Virus record (IMG/VR): IMGVR_UViG_3300048578_000127
Span: 1 to 26,831 of that record
Reading direction: 5' to 3' (one strand)
DNA: 26,831 nt
DNA from: a virus
Taxonomy: Duplodnaviria; Caudoviricetes
Every line of letters starts with the position of its first letter. The stretch's first letter is position 1. The notes beneath the pieces are model-generated. The model saw only the letters and a list, made by a program, of their open reading frames with translations, searched no databases and was not told the DNA's origin. Positions 14,829 to 23,502 of the stretch are shown here, one piece after another. A program made the position numbers and the translations under genes.

Positions 14829-14929
14829 CGGCAATGCTGGCGGCCGATATTGCACGCCTGCCGAAGCCGCCCTCCGAGCCGAGCGAAGACGACATGTGGG
14901 CATTCCTCGATCGCCTGCCGGAGGCCTGA
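14723..14929 (+). CDS. -1 frameshift extension of the tail assembly chaperone (gpGT-like)
   Basis: C CCT TTT at 14723-14729. The -1 frame reads PFCKDGWADWDYILGLGRVLGWTPAQLWCTSFYEM...FLDRLPEA*, with the LGWTPxxxW motif of gpT-type extensions. Confidence 0.85.
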   Translation, partial: PFCKDGWADWDYILGLGRVLGWTPAQLWCTSFYEMTAMLAADIARLPKPPSEPSEDDMWAFLDRLPEA

Positions 14930-14932
14930 CGC

Positions 14933-15157
14933 ATGCCTGAAGGGTTCAACAGTAGCTTGGTCGACAGGGCTCTCGCGGAAGAACTTGCGTGCTCCTTTGC
15001 CTGGATCACTCGGGATTTCCCATTCCCACCTTCTCGGGACGACATTCTTGTATGGATTTACGAGCATGGCGTGCGCAGAGAAGGATTGATGCAGCACCTC
15101 ATGGTCAAGTTGACCGAGTTTGTCGGTGTCGAGTTGAAGGAGGTCCCTCGTGCCTGA
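14933..15157 (+). CDS. 74-aa protein resembling the core of the upstream tail chaperone
   Basis: Ungapped similarity to 14349..14828; lower GC; overlaps the tape measure start. Confidence 0.6.
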   Translation: MPEGFNSSLVDRALAEELACSFAWITRDFPFPPSRDDILVWIYEHGVRREGLMQHLMVKLTEFVGVELKEVPRA

Positions 15158-16991
15158 AGGGATCAATTCCGTCGCAGATCTCCGGGTGATCGTCGACGCC
15201 AACGCCGACAAGTTCCATTCCGGCGTGCAGGGCATCATGCGATCTCTGGGCGAGCTCGAAGCTGACGGCAGCAAGAAGCTCACCGGGCTAGATACACTAA
15301 TGGCCGCCGTCGGAGATGTTGCTGCTGGAGTCGGCAGCAAAATCAACCTGGCCACTGGTGTTATGCGGACGGCGGTCAATGTTTTCGATCAACTCGCCAA
15401 GCAAGGACGTTCGGCAGCGGAGGCTCTTGGCGCGACTGCCGAATACGACGCCCTGACAAGCTCTCTGGGCGGCCTTGGACTCACAATGAAAGATACTGCG
15501 GCGACTGGGTTCGCGGTTCTAGCGTCTTCTGCGTATGATGGGGGTTTGGCGTTGCTTGGTGTCAAGGCGGACACCGAGTCGACTTCAGAGACGACGGAAG
15601 ATTTCGCTCGCAGGGTGTTGGTTGCCGCGAAAGAAGCGGTCGACGACTACACCATGGCGCTCAAGCAGTGGTCGGGGAACATTAAGGAGGTCCCTGGTGA
15701 GTTGGATAAGGCGGCCGAAAGTGCGGAGCGAAACGCAAAGCGCTTTCGAGAGGCAGCCGAGCAATATGAGAACTGGGGATTCGGGAGCCTAGCGCCGAAG
15801 GGTTGGATTTCTGAGCGGTTGCGGGGCATCGCAGACTGGTTCCAGGAGGAAGGCGCGAAGGCTGATGCGAAGCTCAATGATGGATTGAGCGAAGGACGAT
15901 GGGCACCTAAGACAATCATCGCAGGCAAGGAGATCGTAGAGCTTCTCGGGCGCGAGAGTGCCGCGCTTCAGCGACGGACTGAAGTGATGCGTATGAGCGC
16001 AGCGGAAGCTGCGGAATACAATTACATTCAGGACAAAATCGCTGAAGGTCTGAGAAAGGGTACCCTGACCGACGCCGCAGTTCAGGCGATCGAGCGTGAA
16101 GGCGCGCGAATTCGAGCGAACACGCAAGCGTTGGAGGATTACACCAAGGCAAAACAGGAAGCGGCGAGAGAAGAGCAGCGGATCAATGCCGCCGCCCAGC
16201 AGCGGGATCGGGCAGAAACGCAATTGTTCGCCAACACTGAACGCGAATTAACCGCGCTCCGACTTAAGGCGCAGACTGTTGGGATGACGGTTACGCAAAC
16301 TGCCGAATTGGTCTTCTATGAAACAAAGCTGCAGCAGCTGCGAGCATTGGGGGGGCCCGAGACGCCCGATCAGGTCGAGCAGCTTCGGAAGCAAGCAGCG
16401 GAGTACGGCCGATTGACGGAGGCGGTGAGCGCGCAGCAGACCGGGCTGCGCCGCCTCGGCGAAATTGGGCAGACCGTCTCGGGCACGCTCGCCTCCGCCT
16501 TCGCGCAATGGACGCGCGGTGCGGAACTCGACGTCAAAAACATGGTCGCATCGATGCTGAACGAGCTCGCGCAGCTCACCTTCCGCCGTGGCGCGCTGGA
16601 ACCGCTGTTCGGCGGCGGCATGGGCGGGCAGGGCTCAGACGGCGGGCTGTTCAGCTCGCTGCTCGGCTCCATTTTCGGAGGCTTCCGCGAAAGCGGTGGC
16701 GATGTCGAGGCTGGCAAGGCCTACGTCGTCGGCGAGAAGCGCGCGGAGCTGTTCATTCCGGGCCAGAACGGCACCATCGCGCCGTCGGTCGGCGGCGGGC
16801 GAGGCGGAGAGATCCACGTCTACGTGCACGGCACCGAGGATTTCGACGCGCGCGTGGAAAGCACGGCGGAAGGCGTCGTCGCCCGTCAGGCGCCGTCGAT
16901 CGTGCAGGCCGCCGTGGCCTCGAGCAGCAAGTTGGGCAGCCGCACGCTGCCCGGGCAATTGCAGAACCATCAGCGGCGGGGAACGCAGTAG
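15150..16991 (+). CDS. Tail tape measure protein
   Basis: AAGGAGG SD; VADLRVIVDANADKF start; Ala-rich helical body; GGDVEAGKAYVVGEKRAELFIP C-terminal motif. Confidence 0.92.
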   Translation: MPEGINSVADLRVIVDANADKFHSGVQGIMRSLGELEADGSKKLTGLDTLMAAVGDVAAGVGSKINLATGVMRTAVNVFDQLAKQGRSAAEALGATAEYDALTSSLGGLGLTMKDTAATGFAVLASSAYDGGLALLGVKADTESTSETTEDFARRVLVAAKEAVDDYTMALKQWSGNIKEVPGELDKAAESAERNAKRFREAAEQYENWGFGSLAPKGWISERLRGIADWFQEEGAKADAKLNDGLSEGRWAPKTIIAGKEIVELLGRESAALQRRTEVMRMSAAEAAEYNYIQDKIAEGLRKGTLTDAAVQAIEREGARIRANTQALEDYTKAKQEAAREEQRINAAAQQRDRAETQLFANTERELTALRLKAQTVGMTVTQTAELVFYETKLQQLRALGGPETPDQVEQLRKQAAEYGRLTEAVSAQQTGLRRLGEIGQTVSGTLASAFAQWTRGAELDVKNMVASMLNELAQLTFRRGALEPLFGGGMGGQGSDGGLFSSLLGSIFGGFRESGGDVEAGKAYVVGEKRAELFIPGQNGTIAPSVGGGRGGEIHVYVHGTEDFDARVESTAEGVVARQAPSIVQAAVASSSKLGSRTLPGQLQNHQRRGTQ

Positions 16992-17654
16992 ATGGAGCGG
17001 CGCATCATCGACCTGCCGCGCTGGTTCGGCCAGTTGACGTGCAATTGGGTGATCAATCCGCGCGGCCGCTCCGCCGGCAACGGCGTGACGGGCACCGGAC
17101 AGGTGGTCTACGGCATCCAGCCGCGCTGGGAGACCACGCTCGACCTCGCGGCGATCACGCCCGACCAGATGAAGATCTGGCGGGCCATCCAGGCGAGCCT
17201 GCGCGGGCGCATCAACGTGCTTCGCGTGCCGATCGTGGATTTTCTCGGGCATCCGGGCGAGCCCGGGAGTTGCCTCTACGAGGGTGAGGTGACGCACGAC
17301 GACGGCACCGGATTCGCGCACGAGTGGACGCTGCCGGTCGACACTGCGCACGCCGCGGGCGCCGAGGAAATCGTGGCCGAGCCCGGGAGCGCGCTCGACC
17401 TGCTGCAGCCCGGCATGTGGTTCTCCCACGACGACTGGCCGTACATGGTCATTGGGATCGAGCGCGAGGACGACGTGACGCGCTATTCGATCGAGCCGCC
17501 TCTGCGTCGCGACATTCCCGCCGGCGCGGAGATCACGCTCTCGGCCACGGCGCTCATGGTGATGGTGACCGATCTCGACGGCCGCATGCCGGTGCAGCGC
17601 GGGCGCCTCGCAACCACGGCGGTCAATCTTTACGAATGGACCAACCGGCCATGA
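16992..17654 (+). CDS. Distal tail (Dit-like) protein
   Basis: Directly follows the tape measure gene; beta-rich; IEPPLR motif. Confidence 0.7.
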   Translation: MERRIIDLPRWFGQLTCNWVINPRGRSAGNGVTGTGQVVYGIQPRWETTLDLAAITPDQMKIWRAIQASLRGRINVLRVPIVDFLGHPGEPGSCLYEGEVTHDDGTGFAHEWTLPVDTAHAAGAEEIVAEPGSALDLLQPGMWFSHDDWPYMVIGIEREDDVTRYSIEPPLRRDIPAGAEITLSATALMVMVTDLDGRMPVQRGRLATTAVNLYEWTNRP

Positions 17655-18235
17655 TTCCGAGCGATTACGACCTGCGCTCCGAGACGATCGGCGTGCTCGA
17701 CCTCGTGGAGCTCGACACCACCGAGGGCATCTGCCGCTTCATCCTCAACGAGGACGGCTGGTTCAAGGATGTGAACGGCAACACCTGGGTGGGGTCGAAG
17801 CTGATCTCGCTCTCGGATCTCGAGTTCTCGATCAACGGCACTGCGCCGGGCGTCGAGCTGACGCTCGCCTTCCTGCAGGACCCCGAGCAGCAGGATCTCG
17901 TCGCCTACGTGCGCTCCATCGGCGTCGAGGCGGTGAAGGAACGCCCCGCCCGGTTCTATTTCCAGTACATCGCCAGCACCTCAGAATATTTCCGGCCCGT
18001 CTACGCGCCGATCCTGCTCACCACGCGGCGCATGATGAACATCGGCTATTCGTTCGACGGACCGCAGATCAGGCGCCTGTCGGTGACCGTGGAGAGCGCA
18101 TTCAGCCTGCGCGCGAAGCCGGTGGGCGGACGCTACAACGTCGTCGATCACTCGCGCCGGGTCGGCTCGTACAATCCGAGCCTCGAATTCATGCCGACGC
18201 ACAATTTCGACGAGCAGGCGCTGTTCGGGCTGTGA
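17651..18235 (+). CDS. Minor tail / baseplate hub-like protein
   Basis: ATGA coupling; WVGSKLIS...INGTAPGVELTL; synteny. Confidence 0.7.
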   Translation: MIPSDYDLRSETIGVLDLVELDTTEGICRFILNEDGWFKDVNGNTWVGSKLISLSDLEFSINGTAPGVELTLAFLQDPEQQDLVAYVRSIGVEAVKERPARFYFQYIASTSEYFRPVYAPILLTTRRMMNIGYSFDGPQIRRLSVTVESAFSLRAKPVGGRYNVVDHSRRVGSYNPSLEFMPTHNFDEQALFGL

Positions 18236-18651
18236 GATCAGGCGTGGACACTCTGTACGCCTGCCTGCATCGCTGGATGGCGCAGCCGTTCGTGTGGGGC
18301 GAGAGCGATTGCAGCCTCGCCGTCGCCGATTATGTCGTCGCGCTGGGGTTCGCCGATCCCGCGGAGGACCTGCGCGGACAGTACGATAGCGCGGCGAGCT
18401 GCCACCGTCTCACGGGTTGGCTCCGCGATCCTGTCGGCGCGGTGCGTCACCGATTTGAAGCGGTCGGTCTCGTGCCGACCACGGACCCGCAGCGCGGCGA
18501 CGTCGGCGTGATCCGGATCAGGGCCGAGGGGGCGGTGACCGTCGTCACCGCCGTCTGCCTCGGAGAAAACTGGGCTGTGAAAGGCGAGCACCGCGTCACT
18601 GTTGGCCAGGCGCTCGATGTGCTCGCGGCGTGGAGCGTCTCCCGTGGGTAG
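18232..18651 (+). CDS. NlpC/P60-like tail assembly protein (DUF6950-like)
   Basis: PFVWGESDC, DPAEDLRGQY, PQRGDVG. Confidence 0.8.
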   Translation: MRSGVDTLYACLHRWMAQPFVWGESDCSLAVADYVVALGFADPAEDLRGQYDSAASCHRLTGWLRDPVGAVRHRFEAVGLVPTTDPQRGDVGVIRIRAEGAVTVVTAVCLGENWAVKGEHRVTVGQALDVLAAWSVSRG

Positions 18652-20815
18652 GGCGCTTTACGCGGCGCTGCTCGCGACGTTCCTCTGTTTTGGAGCGACC
18701 GAGGCCCGCGCCGCGCCGCCCGTCGTCGGGTTTATCGGCGGTCTCGTCGCGGCGCTGGGCGCCACCTCGCTCGGCGGCGTCATCATGGGCCTCGGCGGCG
18801 CGGGCGCTCTCGCGGGCGCTTCTGCCGGCTTTGCATTCGGCTCGTCGGTGCTCGGCGGCTTCCTGATCAACGCCGCGCTCTCAATCGGCATCTCGTCGCT
18901 CGCGCGCACGGTCCAGGAGACGCTGCGGCCCCGGCCGACGCTCCCGACCAACAACCCCGGCGCGCGCATCGTCAACCTGCGTCAGTCGGTCACCAATTTC
19001 GAGCACGCCTACGGCGTCGTGCGGAAAGGCGGTGCGGTCAGCTTCTGGCAGGGCAAGACCGGGGGGCGCTACTACGACGTGATCCTGGCGGCGCGCCAGA
19101 TCAACGGTGTCCGTACCTGGTACGCCGACGAGCGCACATTCACCGTCGACGGGGACGGCTGGGCCGTCGAGGACGCATTCAAGAGCCGGGGCGTGTCGCG
19201 CCTCAAGGTTGAGCTGCACCTGGGCGGACCGGGCCAGGAGGCCTCCCCGCTCCTGATGGAGCGCTTTCCCGAGTGGACCGAGGAGCACGACATGGCGGGA
19301 CTCGCCCACGTCGTCGTCTACACCGAGAACGTCCGCGCGCAGGACTTTTCTGCGGTCTATCCCTCGGGCCGCGAGCCGGCGATCACGCCCGTGATCGAGG
19401 GGTATCTCTGCTACGACCCGCGCGACGAGGAGACCAAGTTCACGACCAACGCAGCCCTCATCATCGCCGATTGGGTCGTGTCGCCTGACGGCCTCGGGCG
19501 CAGCGTGGATTGGGACAAGGTCGCGATCGAGGCGGACGTGTGCGACGAGACCCTGCTCGACCGCAACGGAAATCCGCTGCCGCGCTGGCAGCTCTCGGGC
19601 GCCTACGCGTCCGACGACGAGCGCGAGACGGTTCGCGCGCACATGGGCGTGGCGTGCGATGCGTTCTTCTTCGAGGATGCGAACGGCGTCGTGGGGTTCC
19701 ACGTCGGCCGCTACATCGAGCCCACGGTCGAGATCGTCGACGACGACATCATCTCGGTGCAGTACAGCGAGGGTCCCTCGGGGACCGACACCACCAACGC
19801 CTTCGCAATCCAGTATTCCGAGCCCGCGATCGGCTATCGCGAGTTCATGTCCGCGCCCTACGTGCTCAGCGGCCTCGACGAGACCTATGAGGAGGACTCG
19901 CTCTCGGCGTTCTGGGCGCCGCACCACAATCAGGCGGTCCGCATCGGCAAGCGGCTGCTGCTCGTCCGCCGCGCCAAGTACCGCGCGAACTTCCTGCTCA
20001 AGTATCAGGGCATCCGCCTCATCGGCCAGCGTTTCTTCAGGGTGCGCCACGACGAATTCGGCCTCGATCAGGTGTTCGAGGTCGACAAGCTCGTGCGCAA
20101 CGACGACGGGCTCTCGTGGACGGTCGAGGCGCACTCGGTCGCCGCCTCCGATTTCGATTTCGACTCCGTCACGGAGGAGCCGGCGCGGCCCGCCCGCACC
20201 ACCATCATTTCCTCGTCCGACGTGCCGGTGCCGGCCGACGTCACGGCGGTGAGCCAGCCGTTCGCCGGATCGGTCGCCATCCATGTCGCTTGGGACGAGC
20301 CCGAGCGCGACAGCCTCGTCTACGAGGTGCGCTACCGCGTCAGCGGCTCGCTCGAGCCGTGGACCTCGCTCAGCGTCCCGGTCAACCAGTATCACCAGGA
20401 CATCGTGGGCCTGCTCGACGGAGAGACCTACGACGTGCAGGTGCGCGCGATGACGTCGACCGGGCGCGCGTCCGTGTGGACACCGAACACGCCGATCGCC
20501 GTGACGGCGGTGGTCGACTCGGTGCCGTCCGGTCCGGTGACGGGCGTCAACGCGACGGGTGGCACGGGCGAGGCGACGCTCGAATGGGTGGCACCGAACA
20601 GCGCCAACTACTTCGCGGCGCGCATCTACCGCAACACCACCAACTCGATCGGCAGCGCAACGGCCATCGCGACCGCCTACGGCGCGCCGAACGCCGCCGA
20701 CGAGTACGCCGCGAGCGGCCTTGCCGCCGGCACCTATTACTTCTGGATCGTGTCGCTCAACGTCTCCGGTGTCGAGGGCACACCGGTGGCGACGGGCGCC
20801 GTCACCGTAACCTGA
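18644..20815 (+). CDS. Tail tip / central fibre (gpJ-like) protein with C-terminal FN3-like domains
   Basis: GTG 18644 after GGAG; YGVVRKGG, YDPRD, NAALIIADW; FN3 signatures AWDEP...YEVRYR...GLLDGETYDVQVRA and GTYYFWIVSLN. Confidence 0.88.
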   Translation: MGRALYAALLATFLCFGATEARAAPPVVGFIGGLVAALGATSLGGVIMGLGGAGALAGASAGFAFGSSVLGGFLINAALSIGISSLARTVQETLRPRPTLPTNNPGARIVNLRQSVTNFEHAYGVVRKGGAVSFWQGKTGGRYYDVILAARQINGVRTWYADERTFTVDGDGWAVEDAFKSRGVSRLKVELHLGGPGQEASPLLMERFPEWTEEHDMAGLAHVVVYTENVRAQDFSAVYPSGREPAITPVIEGYLCYDPRDEETKFTTNAALIIADWVVSPDGLGRSVDWDKVAIEADVCDETLLDRNGNPLPRWQLSGAYASDDERETVRAHMGVACDAFFFEDANGVVGFHVGRYIEPTVEIVDDDIISVQYSEGPSGTDTTNAFAIQYSEPAIGYREFMSAPYVLSGLDETYEEDSLSAFWAPHHNQAVRIGKRLLLVRRAKYRANFLLKYQGIRLIGQRFFRVRHDEFGLDQVFEVDKLVRNDDGLSWTVEAHSVAASDFDFDSVTEEPARPARTTIISSSDVPVPADVTAVSQPFAGSVAIHVAWDEPERDSLVYEVRYRVSGSLEPWTSLSVPVNQYHQDIVGLLDGETYDVQVRAMTSTGRASVWTPNTPIAVTAVVDSVPSGPVTGVNATGGTGEATLEWVAPNSANYFAARIYRNTTNSIGSATAIATAYGAPNAADEYAASGLAAGTYYFWIVSLNVSGVEGTPVATGAVTVT

Positions 20816-20836
20816 CGCTCTTGTGGGGGGAGCCTG

Positions 20837-23428
20837 ATGACTGAACTCGCGTCGTACATCTGGGGCGACTACAACACCGATCGCATCCCGAGCTCCGGAT
20901 TCAAGGAGCCGAAAAAGCGCCTGATCCGCGAGTGGGGCACGTGGATCGAAGGGGCGCTGCTCGGCACCAGCGTTGTCGGGCGCGTGATCCATGCGACGCG
21001 CGCGAGCCTGTACGCCGACCTCGCACACGCGGCCAACACGATGGCGTGGGTCTGGAACGACCCCACGACGGCCTACAACGGGATCTACGCGAAGGTTGGC
21101 GCCTCGGGGTCCGGCTCCTGGACGCGCCTCACCGACCTTCCGTACAGTTTCCTGGCCGCGCAGAACGACGGCGATGGGACCGCGAATGCCATCGAGGCCA
21201 CGACGCCGTCTCCCATTCCGGACGGCAACGGCCGCACTCTGATCACGCTGCCGATCTTCGCCACCAACACCAACACGCCCGTGACGGTGGAGTTCAACGA
21301 GGACGGTTCTCCGCTCACCATCAAGACAAGCGCGGGTAACGATCCGGTTCCGGGCGGGCTCGTCGCCGGCATGATCGTGGCGGGCTGGAAGGACGGCAGC
21401 ACGTTCCGCATGTTGTCGGACCAGGCCAGCGCGGCCATTCAGGCGGCGGCCGAGGACGCGGCCGACCGGGCAGAGGCGGCTGCCGTCGGCATCGCAATCA
21501 CGACATGCGCCACCCGCACCGAATTGAAGGCGCTCGACCCATCGCTCCGCAAGCTGGCCGTGCTGCGCGAGGCCGGCCGCGAGGGAACCTGGGTCTGGCG
21601 CACGGGCGACTACTCGGCGCAGATCGCGGCCGACACGGCCGAAGGCCTCTACCTCAAGGCGGACAGCGTGGCCGCGTCCGCCGGTGCGTGGGTGCGCGTT
21701 TATGACGGGTCCGTACTCCCGACGTGGTTTGGCGCAACAGCAAACGCAGGTAGTAGTCAACACACCGCATTGCAGGCGTGGATTGATAGCGGTGCAGAGG
21801 ATTTGTACCTGCCTCCTGGCATTTGGCGCGCGGACAGTACGCTAACGTGTGGTCACAACGTCAAGCTGCACGGACCGGGTGTGCTGGATTTTGGCTACGG
21901 CACCGGGCAGTTGCTCGTCACAGGAGCGGGGCTATCGGCGCTCGATCCACTCAGCGCAAACGTGTCTCGTGGCGGGAGAGCGTTGTCGTGGTCGTCCAGT
22001 CAGGGGCTGGCCGCTCGCGATATTGTCGTGCTCTACAATCCTACTGACTACTCGTGGGGGTCGCGGCGTACCTACTACCGAGACGGCGCGGCTTTTAGGG
22101 TCCACTCCATGAGCGGCAACACGGCCAACATCTACGGCCAAGCCGTGGACCCTTACGTAGCGGCGTCTTTCGCCTGCTACAAAATGAGCACTGTGCGGGC
22201 GACGATCGACATCGGAGGATTTGTCGCAGCCGGTTCTGGCAGCGTTCCGCCGCTCTATCTCAAATGGTGTGCGGATAGCCGCGTCAACCGGCTGCGGGGT
22301 CACGGCGGGCTCTATACCATTTGCGAAATTGACCAGTGCTTTGGCGTTACAGTAGACCTCGCGGCCCCTATTAATGCGAGCCCTGCTGCCGGTGACGAGT
22401 ACGGAGTGATCGTCTCTAACTCAACGCACGTGCATTTCGATGGCGACGCGTCTATGGCCACGCGGCACGCCATCGCGCTGGGCGGTCGAGACAATGCCGG
22501 AGCTATCCCGTGCCGGTATATCACTGTCTCCGGTGTCACCCTATGCAACGGCGCGGACGGTGACGATGTGGGCGCGGCCGACGCTCACGGCAATTGCGAT
22601 TTTGTGACCTACGACAACTGCACGATGTTGAGCGGTGCCACGGTTGGAGGCCGCAACGGGGCGCTGCGAAACTGCACCATATTCGGCATGGACAGCGCGC
22701 ACGGCGATTGCATTAACAGCGCTGAGTTTGTCGGCAGCGGCACGTTCACGCTGGAAAATTGCACCCTAATCAGCGAGGGAAACGGCGCGTCGGTCGGCTA
22801 CATCAACATCGTCCCGCTCGGACCAAGCGGTGCTGGCTCCCCTGCTCAAACGTCGATGCGGGGCGATCTCAACGTCGTGATCCGCAATCTGACGGTGCGG
22901 ACACCGAATGCGATCTCAACCAGCAAGCTGCTCACGCTGCGACCGGCAAACGCAGACTACAAAACCAACCTCACCATGGACGGGGTTGTGTGGATTGCGC
23001 CTGCTGGGCTCGCGTTTGTCTATGCTGAGGATACGACGCTCTCGGCTATGCTCTCAGACGGGTTGAGCGTGGACAACGTGCAGGGGCCGTCTGGCACGTA
23101 TCTCATCTACCCGACTAGCGACATTGCGGCGGTCCCGACCCGGGAAATGCGTCAGTGTGGGCGCGCATCCGTCACAACGGCAGCCGCAACATCGGTCATC
23201 GCTAGCCCCGTCTCGTATCGCTACCCCTACTCGCGTGCGCCGTCTGGCCAGTGCGCGATCTCGCTGACTGACGGGAGCGCGTCGAGCCAGACCGCAGGGC
23301 AAAACGCGATCCCGAAATTGTACGCCATCTCCAACACGCAGATCAGACCGGCAATGTTGGCATCCGCTAATTTCACGGCATCAGTCGCTGTGGATTTGCA
23401 TTGGAGTGCTGAGGTACGCGGGTTCTAG
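20837..23428 (+). CDS. Tailspike / receptor-binding protein with a pectate-lyase-like beta-helix (putative depolymerase)
   Basis: N-terminal anchor domain, then WFGATANAG..TALQAWID...LYLPPGIW beta-helix cap and Asn/Cys-rich beta rungs. Confidence 0.82.
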   Translation: MTELASYIWGDYNTDRIPSSGFKEPKKRLIREWGTWIEGALLGTSVVGRVIHATRASLYADLAHAANTMAWVWNDPTTAYNGIYAKVGASGSGSWTRLTDLPYSFLAAQNDGDGTANAIEATTPSPIPDGNGRTLITLPIFATNTNTPVTVEFNEDGSPLTIKTSAGNDPVPGGLVAGMIVAGWKDGSTFRMLSDQASAAIQAAAEDAADRAEAAAVGIAITTCATRTELKALDPSLRKLAVLREAGREGTWVWRTGDYSAQIAADTAEGLYLKADSVAASAGAWVRVYDGSVLPTWFGATANAGSSQHTALQAWIDSGAEDLYLPPGIWRADSTLTCGHNVKLHGPGVLDFGYGTGQLLVTGAGLSALDPLSANVSRGGRALSWSSSQGLAARDIVVLYNPTDYSWGSRRTYYRDGAAFRVHSMSGNTANIYGQAVDPYVAASFACYKMSTVRATIDIGGFVAAGSGSVPPLYLKWCADSRVNRLRGHGGLYTICEIDQCFGVTVDLAAPINASPAAGDEYGVIVSNSTHVHFDGDASMATRHAIALGGRDNAGAIPCRYITVSGVTLCNGADGDDVGAADAHGNCDFVTYDNCTMLSGATVGGRNGALRNCTIFGMDSAHGDCINSAEFVGSGTFTLENCTLISEGNGASVGYINIVPLGPSGAGSPAQTSMRGDLNVVIRNLTVRTPNAISTSKLLTLRPANADYKTNLTMDGVVWIAPAGLAFVYAEDTTLSAMLSDGLSVDNVQGPSGTYLIYPTSDIAAVPTREMRQCGRASVTTAAATSVIASPVSYRYPYSRAPSGQCAISLTDGSASSQTAGQNAIPKLYAISNTQIRPAMLASANFTASVAVDLHWSAEVRGF

Positions 23429-23463
23429 GTGGCGGAGGGCGGCCAGGGAGAAACCGTCCGCAC

Positions 23464-23491
23464 AGGCTGGCTCACGCCGGCCTTTTTTATT
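23464..23491 (+). terminator. Intrinsic terminator after the tailspike gene
   Basis: AGGCTGGC-TCAC-GCCGGCCT followed by TTTTTATT. Confidence 0.75.
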
Positions 23492-23502
23492 GGGGGGAAG
23501 AC

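Noticed and set aside
15137-15699. 12-bp repeat AAGGAGGTCCCT at the tape measure RBS and inside the gene (15684), followed by an out-of-frame GTG
   Set aside because: It opens only a ~31-codon frame without recognisable features; a recombination scar cannot be distinguished from chance.
1799-23428. Interpretation as an RcGTA-like gene transfer agent
   Set aside because: The HNH/cos-type packaging module, long tape measure, linked lysis cassette, morons and tRNA attachment site indicate a true prophage.
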